DNA of 47,136 nucleotides from Bigelowiella natans CCMP2755 (lineage: Eukaryota; Protista; Cercozoa): assembly GCA_000320545.1 (NCBI GenBank), contig ADNK01002980.1, positions 1 through 47,136 of the forward strand. The letters are read 5' to 3'. Position numbers and translations under genes: made by a program. Below the pieces are notes generated by a model. The model ran no database searches. It was given only the letters and a program-made list of their open reading frames with translations, and was not told where the DNA came from. Within the stretch, counting starts at the first letter, position 1. Each line of letters starts with the position of its first letter. Below are positions 13,854-26,326 of the stretch, in pieces.

Positions 13854-16366
13854 ACACACATCAACATCATGCGCAGCATATAATAATTACGGTTGAGGCA
13901 TAATAGCGCGACATATTCGATCCTTGGCTTCACTGACCGCATTTTCCCCATTTAATATCTCCGTAGAAGCGCAGAGGAGAGAGAACCCTGCAGCTGCTGC
14001 TACTACAACCTCCGAGGTGAGATGACCGACGAGATTTCTACAGTGCGGGGTTTTATTGCCAAGAGAGAGAGAGAGAGAGAGAGGAGGAACACAAGATTCG
14101 GGATCCTCGATGGAACATGCTAGATTTGCCTCCCTCTCTGTTCATATTTCTTCCTTGCACATCGAATTTGAAGACGCCCAAAAAGCAAGTGTACGTATTT
14201 CAGTATTGTTGTGTTTTCCTCACGAGCGATTTCGTGGTGGTTGTTTTCTGCACTGTTGTTCGTGTTGCTTGTGTTCTTCTGACCAGCCGATTTTCTACGA
14301 ATTCCACGGCAACAAAACCCTCGTAGCAAACCAAACCATGGTCTTTTTCGCACCGCAACATCCTAAATATACGACAAAATTCGGAACATCTAGATGCTTG
14401 GAGAGAGACTGCAAATTACCCCACATGGCCGTGCCCTCCCCCCCCCCTTTCCTCTCACCAGGTGTATGTGCACTTTGTTGGTAGCAGCCTAATTCTTCTT
14501 TTGTGTGCTGCGCAGCAACGTGGTATTGACTATGATAGATGGAACAAGATCGCCGATGATTCAGAGTGCAGTAGCCGCAGCTCGGGTGGCGGAGCAACCT
14601 CTCCTATGCAAACGGATGTTGGGGAAAACAACAACAACAACTACTCGGGGGAGGGTGAGAAGGTAATGTAAATGGTGAATAATGACAGCATGAAATGGCG
14701 ACAAATCGAAGCATCCTTGAGATTATTCCGTCATCAAAGATCCTGCGCTAACTGCATTGTTTAATTCAATTGATTATACGAATTCAATACTGCTCGCTCC
14801 CTGTATAACGTACGCTCGCAAGCACATACGTGCTGAACCTCATCCTTGATGCGGTAATTGTCAGGGAGAGAGTGGGGGTGAGGAGGGGGGTCAAAGGTCC
14901 TTCCCCCCCAAAGTAAGCGATTCGTTCCACGAAATCGCAGATGAGGTCGGTAGATCTATAGAGAATACAAAGTGCAGTATGGATGTGATGTTGATGATGA
15001 GCAGCAGCCTAGAAAGTATTACTTGTCGTTGCTTTTACCATGGATGATGATGAGTCCATAGTTGTTTCATGTGTAAATCGGTAGTGTGTGTTGGAATACT
15101 TAGCCGTCGAGTTCAACATCGCTGCTAAATATGTTAGCTTTGAGATCAGTTTGCCCATTCATGATATTGACACATAACACTAACGTGAGCGTTCGTCGTC
15201 GTTGCTACGCGTCCTCCCACCTATCGCCTCCCCGTCCCTTCTTTCTTCCTCCGCACCATGAGAGGGATGGGACGACTGCTCACAACGCGCGACGGAATTG
15301 GAAAACTACCTCATTCAGCTACGGACAAATTCATTCTACGAAAAAGACGTCGGTAAAGGAACTTGGTTGCCGACCCCCCCCCCTTCCATGTCTTCCTCCC
15401 CCGGCGCTGCGCCTCTCTTGAAGCAGGAGGAGATCTGGACATGCAGGCTCTGCGGCAGAAAGAACAACCACACACTGTGGGTGGCATAATACTTGACTGT
15501 CTGTTTTATAAATCATATATTTTTCACAAAGAGAGAGAAAGAGATAGAGGGTAGGGGGGGGGGGGGGGGGGATAGATTTGAGTTTGACAATCGGATAGAT
15601 GTATCTTCTCGAATATCACCATCATGCAGGAGGGGGGCTAGTAACCATCCACACCCGCGAATATCCGTCTTCTGTTTCGTGGGATGTTGATGACTCACGA
15701 AAAGAGGCAGCAGCGCAGATGATGAAACACATAACATTAGCATATATACCCACGCAGGAGCCGCTGCATCGAATGCACGTGGGAGCAGCAGGAAAGGCCG
15801 CTGGCAGCAGGTCGCCAGATTCAGAACGAATCATCGGCAGCGACGCTCAAGAACGAGCACTCGAAAACAACAGGGAGAGGGCCCTTCTGGTCCGAGGACG
15901 ACGGAAAAACCCTGCAGGAAGTCAGAGGTTCTACATTGTATTGAGCATCAGCGGTGACGTTTGGTCGCGTCCTCCTGCCCCCTCCTGACTTCATTATGCT
16001 TTCTCCAGCTGTGCGGGCTATGCTAGAGAAGATCTCGCTGCCGTCCCAGAGCCAGGGTAAGAGCCTGCATGCTGCGTAGCACACAGAGACATGGGTATAG
16101 AGGGAGTGAGTGGAGGAGAGAAAGAGAGAGAGAGATAGGAGGGAGGGAAGAATTTTCATGGTATTCACCGCAGCTGATTCATATCCGCCTCTGCATCAGT
16201 ATTCGAAATCCTCGATGTTTGCCAGCCATTTATGAATTTGATATTATTAGCGGAAGCTCGAAAGAAGGGCGAGCTGCTGATAAGACTCTCTGGGGATCTG
16301 GATAACCTGGAACAACGGATCTTCCGACTTCACCCTGTCGCTGCAAATGAGGGGAACAAGCCGTAA
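7986..16366 (+). CDS. Large leucine-rich-repeat protein (~25 typical 24-aa LRRs) with N-terminal hydrophobic segment, low-complexity middle and RanBP2-like zinc finger
   Basis: Exons from ~8215 to ~11951 encode consecutive LxxLxLxxNxL repeats (e.g. LKRLNLRQNQLKSVP through LKALYLHGNPI). GT-AG exons continue in phase through GIDYDRWNKIADDSE and WTCRLCGRKNNHTLWSRCIEC to ..AANEGNKP-TAA at 16366. One frame slip falls in poly-G at ~13130. The LRR part is secure; joining the 3' half into the same gene is less certain. Confidence 0.75.
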
Positions 16367-17399
16367 TCTGCATTCCGTCCTTAGGACACAATGATCGAAA
16401 TAAAGGCAGTGCCGCTTTTCGTTCTTCGGTCTAACATGGCGGCAGACGACATGCATCACAAGTTTTTTAGACATAATTCGAACCTGTACACTACATCGTT
16501 GGGCCTTGTGATTTGCTACGTACCGCTGAGCGCAATGTATAATTTTGCTTCTGGCTCTGCCTACATTTACATCTAGACATGCATGCGTTTACATTCCACA
16601 GCACGTGCGATAACCATGTACTTTTTCATGTTCCCCCTCTTGCTATGCATATAAAGTCATTTATAGTACACATTTCATTCCATTACTTCCTAGAATGCTA
16701 GCGCTAGCTGTGGCACTTCTTAATGACCCAGTAAGTTTATTGGTGCTTGCGGACTATTTTTATGTTATATCCCGGGCAAGACATTATGCTTTATTTGACA
16801 TAGCGCGATTTTGCTGGACATGTACGAGTCGGCTCAATCGTAGATATACGCCGTTTGTAACTACATCGGTACAATTCAACGCCCAAAAGAAGTAAATATA
16901 GAGTGTTAGTACCACCACCTTCATAGTCTGCAAGCGCTGATTACAACAAAATGCAATCTTGTAGATCCTGCATGCAGATGTATTTTATTACTCGAATACT
17001 GCTACTAATTTCCACATCCACTCGCATGTCGCAGCCCACATATCGAAAGAGAGTCTATTCTACTTTACCATTTCTGTCAAGTAGAATTAATTATGACCTT
17101 AATTCAGCCAGTGTGTAATGACGAGGTTACGCGAGGACAAAACATTACTATAAGCTTCATCAAACATGAAAGTATTCATAAGAGCATGCCTTTTCTAATT
17201 AAGTGTCAATTCTAACTCTCCTCGAAGTATTTACATTTGCCTCTGCTCCCATCTTCAAGAATTGGGGTTGCCCCAATAGATCCTTGAGTGATTGTTGATG
17301 GTTTTACCACTCTTGGCTCGTAGCTTCGTTTGAGCGTCTTTTGATATCTTCCTTTTCATACTACCCACATCCGATTGATCAATCGTATCAGAAATGTAG

Positions 17400-18167
17400 A
17401 TCACCACTTTGATTGTCTATGCAACAATGCACAGAAATCCACGAGTCCAAACTTCTTTGAACAAATTTTGACAGCTGTGACAGTTTTGTCCGTCATCCGC
17501 AAAATGATCGGATTAACCGCTGAGAGGCATGAAATTATGGTAAAACTTAGGACTTAAAGGAATGTTAAATATTGATTTGTATGCAAATCCAGAGATGAAT
17601 GAAAGTTTATTCGATTCGCGGTGTAATCGCATCTCCTTCGTGGGCTATCATCAGGCTATCCGAACAAAAGGTTTTGGGGCCTCTACCGATGTCAAACGAG
17701 GAATGATCGATGGTGCAGGCGGCCTACCACAAAGAACTGCACTTTGAAGCGAGTTTATAACCCTTCATGACCACATGCCCATGCTCGCCCTCGTCACCGG
17801 AATGAGGATGATCTCTCCTCCGAGGAAGGAGGGAGAGCACGGGAAGGATGCTGCGATCTGGTGGTGTCTCATGTGCAAAAACGGCCTGCAAGTCCGTCAC
17901 GTCGGACGGGAAGAAACTCAGGCTCCGCTGATTAATCTTGTTGAAGAGGTAGTCAGAGTTTTGGAAGAACATAATAATGATATCTTTCATGTCTTTCGGC
18001 TGTGCTCCAGAGCACGGACATAACGATTGCAGGTGTTCGTTTGCGTAACGGCGTAATACCAAATCTCTGACTGGCGAGTGACAGACAGAGAAGCCGGGAT
18101 GAAACGTCTGGGTAATCCTTACTACGACAACTTTCGAAGCCTTGTCGCAGAAATAAAATCCCTCTGA
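17400..18167 (+). CDS. Hypothetical spliced protein (orphan; start not located)
   Basis: Exon-like segments bounded by AG/GT can be joined: HHFDCLCNN..RHEIM / AIRTKGFGASTDVKRGMID / EFITLHDHMPMLALVTG..INLVEE / STDITIA / DREAGMKRLGNPYYDNFRSLVAEIKSL-TGA. No recognisable domain. Confidence 0.35.
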
Positions 18168-18688
18168 AAGCAGTTTCGCCACATCTTCTCGGCCTCAAAA
18201 CCCATTGGGAATCGACGAGGCTTAAATACATGTTGTGCACGTGGCCACGTTTGAGTAGACGAGAATACGGGCTCCGCCAAAAAGCTTGCTTGGTTCTCTT
18301 TCAATGCATGTACATGTTTTCCGCTCAAAACGCACAGATGGAACACCGTGACTTGCACTTTCGATTAGGTGGAGCTGAGAGCTGCTAGATCCGAAAGCTC
18401 ACTTATTGCACAAGATTGCTCTTGGCGGAGCCCGTGCGGAGACAAAGGCGGTTACGGCACGAACGGCAAACTGAGCAAAGGTCGTTCGGGCAAAAGATCC
18501 GATGTTTCACTGGGGAGTGCACAGGAGATCGAACAAACTTGGCTCAATTGCCATTGGATGGAATACGCATGAGACATCGCCAAAATGCAAAATTCCTGCG
18601 ATTTGAACGGCATTCTCCAAATACACCAAAAATTGAGACCACCTTCACGTTTGAACGTGTGGAATTTCCTTCCATCCGGCCCCATAAG

Positions 18689-19102
18689 ATGTCAGATTGG
18701 CCTTGTTCGTTGACAATTTTTCGTAACACTGCCATCATCCTCCGGAAATTCGTTTCTTTTCTCTGGCCTGCGAATGATGATGCGTTGTTAGAAGCTAAAG
18801 CGGTGACAGCCCAAAGGGTTTTCGTCCCCTCACTTCGCCATTCCGGTGAGGTTTCTGAGTATTTCATCGAGGACGAGATGGATTACATCATTGACGCGGT
18901 TGATACAGAGGATCAGGATAAAATCAATTGGAAAGTGAAGCCTCTAAACACAACTCAAAGGATTCTTGATTCCTCTCCACGACATTTCAGTAACGTTTCC
19001 GAGTACGACGGAAAAATTGAGGACGTGATGGAGGTCGTAAGTGACGATTTTCATGACGGGGATCATGACAGCATTGATTGGAAGGAGATATCCTTCAATT
19101 GA
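18689..19102 (+). CDS. Hypothetical intronless acidic protein with an internal duplication
   Basis: Open frame 18416-19102; likely ATG at 18689 (MSDWPC). The C-terminal half holds two similar acidic units and is followed by AT-rich 3'-UTR-like sequence. Confidence 0.45.
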   Translation: MSDWPCSLTIFRNTAIILRKFVSFLWPANDDALLEAKAVTAQRVFVPSLRHSGEVSEYFIEDEMDYIIDAVDTEDQDKINWKVKPLNTTQRILDSSPRHFSNVSEYDGKIEDVMEVVSDDFHDGDHDSIDWKEISFN

Positions 19103-20523
19103 TCGCTCCCCCCTAAACATTCGTATTGAGCATTTCCGTCTGTATCGACAAAATTTATTTCTTCCGGGAACAGACTGTACGTTGCTTTCTCATGTATAGT
19201 GACTAGTAAATTTTAAACAGTTCATAGCTTTTAAGACCCTTTTTTAATAATTCTCAAAACCAACCTTTCTCGAACTGTTACAAGTGAATTTTAATCGTAC
19301 AGTTTATTTTCTTTGTCATTTTAATCGCTTTGAAGATTACATTTAACTAGGTACAATAGACACTAGTATGCAGTGAACACTGTGTAGTATGCAGTAAGCA
19401 CTGTGTCTATATTATGGTCATTAGCCATCTTTGTTCTGAAAAGCAACAGGTTCGTAGAGTACACCGTTCCAACGCTTAGAATATTTGCACATGATGATAT
19501 GTGTCACATCATCATCCGATCCTCTCTGGTTAGCAGAGGGTGAAAGAATCCTGCATGCATAAGTGCATGATTGACCATTAGTAGTGCGTCGCTAGAGAAG
19601 GATGAACAAATCGATGAACAAATCGAAAAGCAATAATAATAATGGATTGATTGACTGCAGCTGCTCCTCTCCTCTGTTGAACCTAGCATGATGCTTTAAC
19701 CAAGTCCCTTTGATCCTTGTAGAAAGAGGAGACATGGCATGTAAGGACAGTACTGGCTTACTTTGTAAAGCATGCACCATGTAACGAATTATAACATGTA
19801 TGTCACTTATTAATAGATATACACATATAAGATGGGTGTAATGAAATTAAAATTTCCAATTGTTATCCTAATTGACATCGTAGCTGGGCTTAGAAAGCTG
19901 TGCAAAGCTGCGGCTACACCGATCAAATCGCTTATTAGTTAGTCGAACACGTGTTTCATGCGCTTGCAAAGGCAATGTTGTTGTTTGCGCCCGCGACGAG
20001 CAGATTCATGCATCAAATGCACTCCATCTCCACGTGTATAACTTGCCATGAAAGAATCCATGCAATGGAAGATGGTGAGGCTTTCGCTATCTGTGCATGT
20101 CGTCTGGCATCGCACGCTATAGCTACTGACGCAATGTTTCTATATGTTGCATCGATGCTTTGAAATTGCACACAGTGTTTGATCAAGCATGCCTTCCGTA
20201 GCAGGGTGTAGTGGTGTACTTGGCCTTCAGACATGCTAAAATGCAGCGTAAAATACGCTAGGCATGCTAGTACAAATACGTTGCATCTGTTGTCAAATAG
20301 TATCGTATTTGTATAGGTATATTTGCGTCACGTTTGCACGAATGTGGCTGTAACAAACCAACATGTACCCATCTGACTCGCGCCACGCTCTCTGCCATGG
20401 TCTTGCTGTCTAAATATGCATGGTCTATTGCTATGCACGTGTACTTTGATTTGAATACATATGACAAACAACTTTGGGAGTAGTATAAGTGCGAAGCACA
20501 GAATATTGGGAGATTTTCATCCA

Positions 20524-21909
20524 TCAAACCTCCATACCACCATAATTAGCTTGGAGATGGTGCATGATTCTTCGCATTGCATCCTGCATCTTTGCGTCTG
20601 CAGCTCGATCTTTGGTTTTATCGGCGACCGTACCACTTACGAATACCTCGAGCCCCCTATTTGGAACAGGGCTTTCCATATCGTCGAGAACCGGCGCGCA
20701 GAGGTAGGAATTGAGTGTTGTTTCGTATCGCTGTCGCACCGTGGTGAACCCGAACCCAAACTTTGAAAATATCCTCCATCTGCCTCGGGACAGCGAATCT
20801 ATTAGGCTAATGTTAAGGGCCTCTTGCATGTATACATCCGAGGAAATAGACATTCCTCCCCACTGGAGGTCTGGGAACATAGAAGACTTCTCTGCTCCAT
20901 AAAGCACATCTCGGGCGTCCTCCCATCGTACGTTTCCATTTAGCCTGTCCTCACGAGCTAGGACTATTGATTTCAGCCAGGTTGCCATCGTTACCGCACT
21001 CATATAGTTTGAAAGAGGGGGCGAGGGTGTTGGATCTGGCCATATGGGAAGGTGCAAAAACGTACGGTTATCAACTGTGAAGTTGTAGTTGAGACTGGGG
21101 GGGGGTGCTTCCCCGTAATTCCCTCCGAAGCTTTCAATATCTGGGGACCCAAGAACACGATGAATGTACTCATTGGCCTCACGATGGCCTCCAATAGAAT
21201 GGAAATATGCACCGAGGCTATTTGATGTCATGTTCATTGTGTGATCATACGATGTAACGATGCTCATTAAATCCGCAAGTTGTCTTCCCTTCCCAGTTTC
21301 AAACGCCTGTAGGCCAATCTCTCCCTGAGAAACCTCTTGGAGACGCCCGGCAGCATTGGCAGCGGCAAATACTTTGGAGCTCGACCACGGTTCATAAGGG
21401 GAGGAGGCGTTGAGGCCGATATAGCGAACCCAGTAGTTCCCTCCATCATCGCCACCAGATGAACTTCGCCGCACAACAATTGCAGCGAATCTAGCTGTGG
21501 GAGGAAGATCTAAATCCTTCAATTCTGTTTCGTCCATACGCTTCATAGCCTCGCCCACGCTCGCAACTGGATCACCAAATCCCTGTCCTGAAAATGAAGG
21601 GGGATGGGGGCGGCGGATTAGGATACTGAACATAGAGTTTATTCCACATCCTCCCTGGGCGGAAACTACTTCGTTTTACGAATTGCGAGTGATACCTTTC
21701 TCATCGAAGACAATCGGGCAGCGAAACTCTCTATCAAACAATGGAGGAAACTTCTTCCTGCATTCGCTGTCGTCCATTCCTGGAAGGCCTTGAGCCCAGC
21801 CGCACCACCCCCAAGCCTTGCGATCCGAGTAGATACGGGGGTTAGTCGGTGCCTCGGCCCGGGTGAGGAGAAACAGCGCAGAAACAAGCAGCATGAAGGA
21901 GGACCACAT
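20524..21909 (-). CDS. Secreted serine beta-lactamase/penicillin-binding-protein-fold protein (~425 aa, one intron 21588-21695)
   Basis: Signal peptide MWSSFMLLVSALFLLTRAEA. The phase-1 GT-AG intron joins DEK-G-QGFGD. Motifs in order: SxxK (PWSSSK), SxN-like (MTSNSL), class-A-like NYMSAVTMATWLKSI, KTG-like (IFSKFGFG). Confidence 0.65.
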
Positions 21910-22195
21910 TGTTGGCGGTTGGAATCTGCCCCCCCCTCCAGACAAAATATTACCCCTAAAAGCACCAGCGGATGGAATGCGCTCCGTGCAAGTTAGCCGA
22001 CATAATATGTAACTTGCAATTGAATGTAAATCATGAGGTGTATTAGTTACCTACGACATCAACAAAAACGATAAATTATATTTAACGCCCGTTATTCCCG
22101 CTTTCCTCATCCGAAGATTACGTCTTAAGCTATTTTCCCTTCATCTCCGCGAATTAGCCCAGGACATCCACCGAGGAGGAAGGACAGACAGCGGC

Positions 22196-23101
22196 ATGGA
22201 TGACAACGATAGGGAAATGGCGGCGCTCAGGCGCTCGCAGAAGTTCAGAGCCCACCAGAGTAAATATGGAGACCGATCAGCAGCTAGGCGGGAGCGGGAG
22301 AAAGAGGTCATAGTAGATGTACACTGAAGCGGAGATTTCTCTCTTGAGCGCAGGAAGGCTCTCGCATCTTGATGGCCATTTTTTGTTGTAGAATCCCGCC
22401 ATCTCTTATATCAAAGCTATGATGGGAGTGAAAAAAAAGGATTTGGGGCGGGGGGGGGGGAGGGAGGGAGGGAGAGGGAGAGGGAGAGTCATCGCGGCAA
22501 AGGCGGGATCAGTGGTGTTGCCTATTACCCAATCACCCTAACCTCGCTTGGTGGCTACGGTATCCCAAGAAGATTCATTTTCTTTCCCCTTCCTTACAGG
22601 AAGCACGCTTGAAGGCGGAGATGGAACTCGATCGGGAGAAACGCGCAGCGGCCGCCGCGCAAAGGAAAGAGGAGATCGCAAAGGCCACTGAGGAGATGAT
22701 GTCGTCACTTCCAGCTTCCTTTGGCGCGAAGAAGGACGACGGGGGCAAAGACATTCATCGGAAACGAAAGTTGGAGGCCTTTACGCAGCCGAGCGCAAGC
22801 CAGGTTTGCTCTCTATGATAGGGTTAACACATCGAATCAGTTTGTTTATGAGGGTAAGGTGATGATATTGCTGGAAAGACTGATCATCTATGGGGACACA
22901 CGTGATTGATAGGACCAGATCGATGCGACCATGGCAAATTTGAAGAAACTGCAGCTGCCTGTAAGTTGTGAGATTGTGCTTAACCATGGCCAGAAGGTCA
23001 TCTCCGCCATGGGGCTCGACCCTCGAGGCGGCCGCCTGCTAACTGGAGGTAGTAGTAGTAGTTGTTGTAGTTGTAGTTGAAGTACTCACTTCAGATCGAT
23101 G

Positions 23102-23132
<31 letters not shown>

Positions 23133-23902
23133 CACACCTGGTGATCTCTTTCTATCGCTTCTCCTTTCTCTTCTTCTTGCTATTGTTCCCAGGATATGAC
23201 TATACGGTGAAAATGTGGGACTTTGCGGGGATGACGCGGACACTTGAGAACTTCCGCGAGCTAGAGCCGAAGGAGGGGCATGTCATCAGGCAGCTGCGAT
23301 ACTGTAAAGGTGGCAAGTTCCTCTGCATCACCGGCTACCGTTGCGCCTCCATCTTCACGCGAGACGGCCACATGGAGCACGAGTAAGCACCAAACGTGCA
23401 GCTGTAGCGATGTTATGAGCATTGTGCTCATTTCTTGTTTTTCACGTCTATTCCGCCTCTCACTTTTTTTTTTAACACGACTATCACTATCTGTATTATC
23501 AGATACAACCGGGGCGACATGTACATCCACGATCTCCAGCACACCGTGGGGCACGTCGCGGCGCTTACCGACGGCCATTGGAACCCGAAGAATGACGCCG
23601 AATTCCTCACAGCATCAGAGGACGGCTCCATGCGCATATGGGACGTAAACACAGAGCGACGTAGTAAGGAGTACATCAAGCTCAAACCCAGGGGGGGGGG
23701 CAAGCGGGTGCCAGTGACAGCGTGTTGCTTCTCTCCCAACGGCGATATGATTGCGGGCGCAGGACGGGTACGGGGAAGACTTTTTTGTGATGGTGTTCTT
23801 TTTGGTTGGCTGAGAGGGATGGGGGAAAGTAGCGGCAGCAGCAGCAGCAGCAGCCCGCGTTAGTTCCTGGCAGCGGTCGCGTTTGTATGCCTATATTTTT
23901 AT

Positions 23903-23960
<58 letters not shown>

Positions 23961-25601
23961 AATCGCCGCTGCCATCATCATCGTCTCTTCTTCGCTTGAT
24001 TTTTGTGATGATTACTTTACTTATTATGTGGCAATTCCCCCTTCTATTCCCTCCTCCTCCCTCTTCTTTTTCGTAAGATGGGTTCGGTGCAGATATGGGA
24101 GCGGAAACAGCAGCGGGTCAGCCCCCGCGCTAAGAAAAAGGTGTACAAAGCCCACGAGCCGCAGACGGAGACGTCCTGCGTAGTCTTCGCCAGCGACAAC
24201 CGCGCTCTGGCCTCTCGGGGGGGGGACGGCACGCTGAAGCTCTGGGACGTGAGGAAGTTTAAGAAGCCTGTGGTGGAATGGAAGAAAGATCTCCCTAACG
24301 ACTACCCGACCTCGGATGTGGCGTTCAGCCCCAAAGGCGATTTGATCATCTGCGGAACAACGAGTGAGTGGGTGTTTGTTGTCACAACAATGTCCCTTTG
24401 TCGTTGTGTGCACCATCCGTGGTAGCATTGTAGCTTATCACCCCTCCTCCCCCCGGCCGGGAGAAGGGGGGGCGGGTGGGGGGTGAATGTGATATCATCG
24501 TCACAATCACCACCGTCACTATCGTCATCATCATTGTCATCATCATCATCATCATCATCATTATCATCATTATCATCGCCATCATTGCCATCACACTGCC
24601 ACCACCCCCACTTTTCCTTGCATTAGATATCGTGCAGCCCGCCCCCCTCACCTCACGCACCATTCCCCATCCCATCATCATCAGGCAAAGCACCAGGCGA
24701 CAAGAAAGCCGGCCGTGGCGGCGAGCTCGTCTTCTTCAGCCGTAAAACCAGGAAAGAGGTCCAACGCGTCAGGGTATGCAGCGCGTCCGTGGTGCGGGTG
24801 ATCTGGAACGCAAAGCTCAACCAGATATTCTGTGGGTGCTCGGACGGCGCCACGCGCGTGCTCTACGACCCCGAACTCAGTCGCAATGGCGCGCTGCTCT
24901 GCGTGAAGAAGAAGCCCAAACGGAAGAGCGCCATGGACTTCTCCACGTTCCTCCACATCAAAAACCCCAACGCCCTGCCCTTGTTCGCCGAGACGCAGAA
25001 CCCGAAGCGGATACGGCAGAAGAAGCGCGCGGACCCAGTGGCGTCCAAGAAGCCCCTCGAGCCGCTCAAGGGGGAGGGGACGGGAGGCCGCGTCGGGCTG
25101 CACAACCTCACCACACATCTCATGGAGTGCATGGCGAAGAAGAGTAAGGCGATTTTTTGTGGCGTGTTCTGCCGCACTAATCTTTCTCGTGACGTTAGTA
25201 GTTAAGCTGCTTGGATTGCAACCGAAGTGTCATATTCTCTTTGCTATCCTAATACTCCGTCCCCCCCCCTTCCTCCTCTCGCCACCCCATACAGATCTGC
25301 GCAACGAAGATCCCAGGGAGGCGCTGCTGGCGTGGGACGAGAAGGCCAAAGCAGATCCGATGTTCTTTGGAAACGCCTACAAGGATTCCCAGCCAAACCA
25401 AATATACGAGGAGGATAAAGATGAGGATGAGGACGTAATAATACACACCTTAGAGTGTGCGAATCTAGTAGCTATGACAGTGATATCTAACGGTGTATTT
25501 TGTCTCAGGAGGAGTCCGAGCAGATTAAGGAGCTCAAGAGGAAAATATCATCGACGCCTATGGGCGCAGATCCGGAGGCGCATAGGAAGGATTGGAAGTA
25601 G
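22196..25601 (+). CDS. WDR70: WD repeat-containing protein 70 (GAD-1-like)
   Basis: Spliced exons give LPASFG, LPVSCEIVLNHGQKVISAMGLDPRGGRLLTGGYDYTVKMWDFAGM, RGDMYIHDLQHTVGHVAAL, LASRGGDGTLKLWD, WNAKLNQIF, LYDPELSRNGALLC, NPNALPLF and EDPREALL. These are WDR70 hallmarks, and all introns are GT-AG. Confidence 0.93.
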
Positions 25602-26326
25602 TTATTGGGGAATAGTAGCTGCAAAATTAGCAGCAGGTATAGCAGCCGAGTGGCGCCTCATGCAGCTCGATGATAAATCATTACATTTTGACTTGTAGAA
25701 ACTTATATACGAATCTCGTGGTACCATGCGTGCTATGCGATCGCTATCATTCATCTGCGTATGATGTAAGATCGTTACAATATAGTCATGTGGCACATAT
25801 GTACAGCAGAGATGTGCTCGCGTGGGGTTTTGCCATTGCTTCTTGTTTTGTTGATTGCATTTCTTTGGCCAATGTAAATGTGGCCACGCACCAATCTATA
25901 TCGATGCGAGTAGCTGCCCTAATTTAACGCTGCAATATAGCTAGATACATGTATATTGCGACCGCATGCATTCCATATTACAAATGTCGATCATACGTAC
26001 ATGCATCCTCATACATTCTAGCTTCCTTTGAATTTTCATTTTATATATTAAAGTTTTGCTGCGCATTTATGCATGCAGGGCTACAGCATATTACACCTGC
26101 CGTATAGTATAATATCTGATACAAGCATGCTAGCATGGTATATATCATGCAAATAATTGAGCATTTTTACTATATTACTAATTAGACACATCATTCGCGC
26201 AGCAATGATCTCGCACAGTAAGTGTTAGATCTTCACGCCAGGTTATCGCCAGGCTGTTTGTAGTACCCGCGCCGAGAGCATTTATCATCATCATCATCAG
26301 CATCATCATCATCACATTCAAAGTAT

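Noticed and set aside
17724-18182. 152-aa minus-strand ORF as a transposase or recombinase remnant
   Set aside because: No DDE, tyrosine-recombinase or RT motifs and no terminal repeats. It is antisense to a better plus-strand model.
19365-19406. 21-bp imperfect tandem duplication AGTATGCAGTRARCACTGTGT
   Set aside because: Only two units; most simply a local slippage event.
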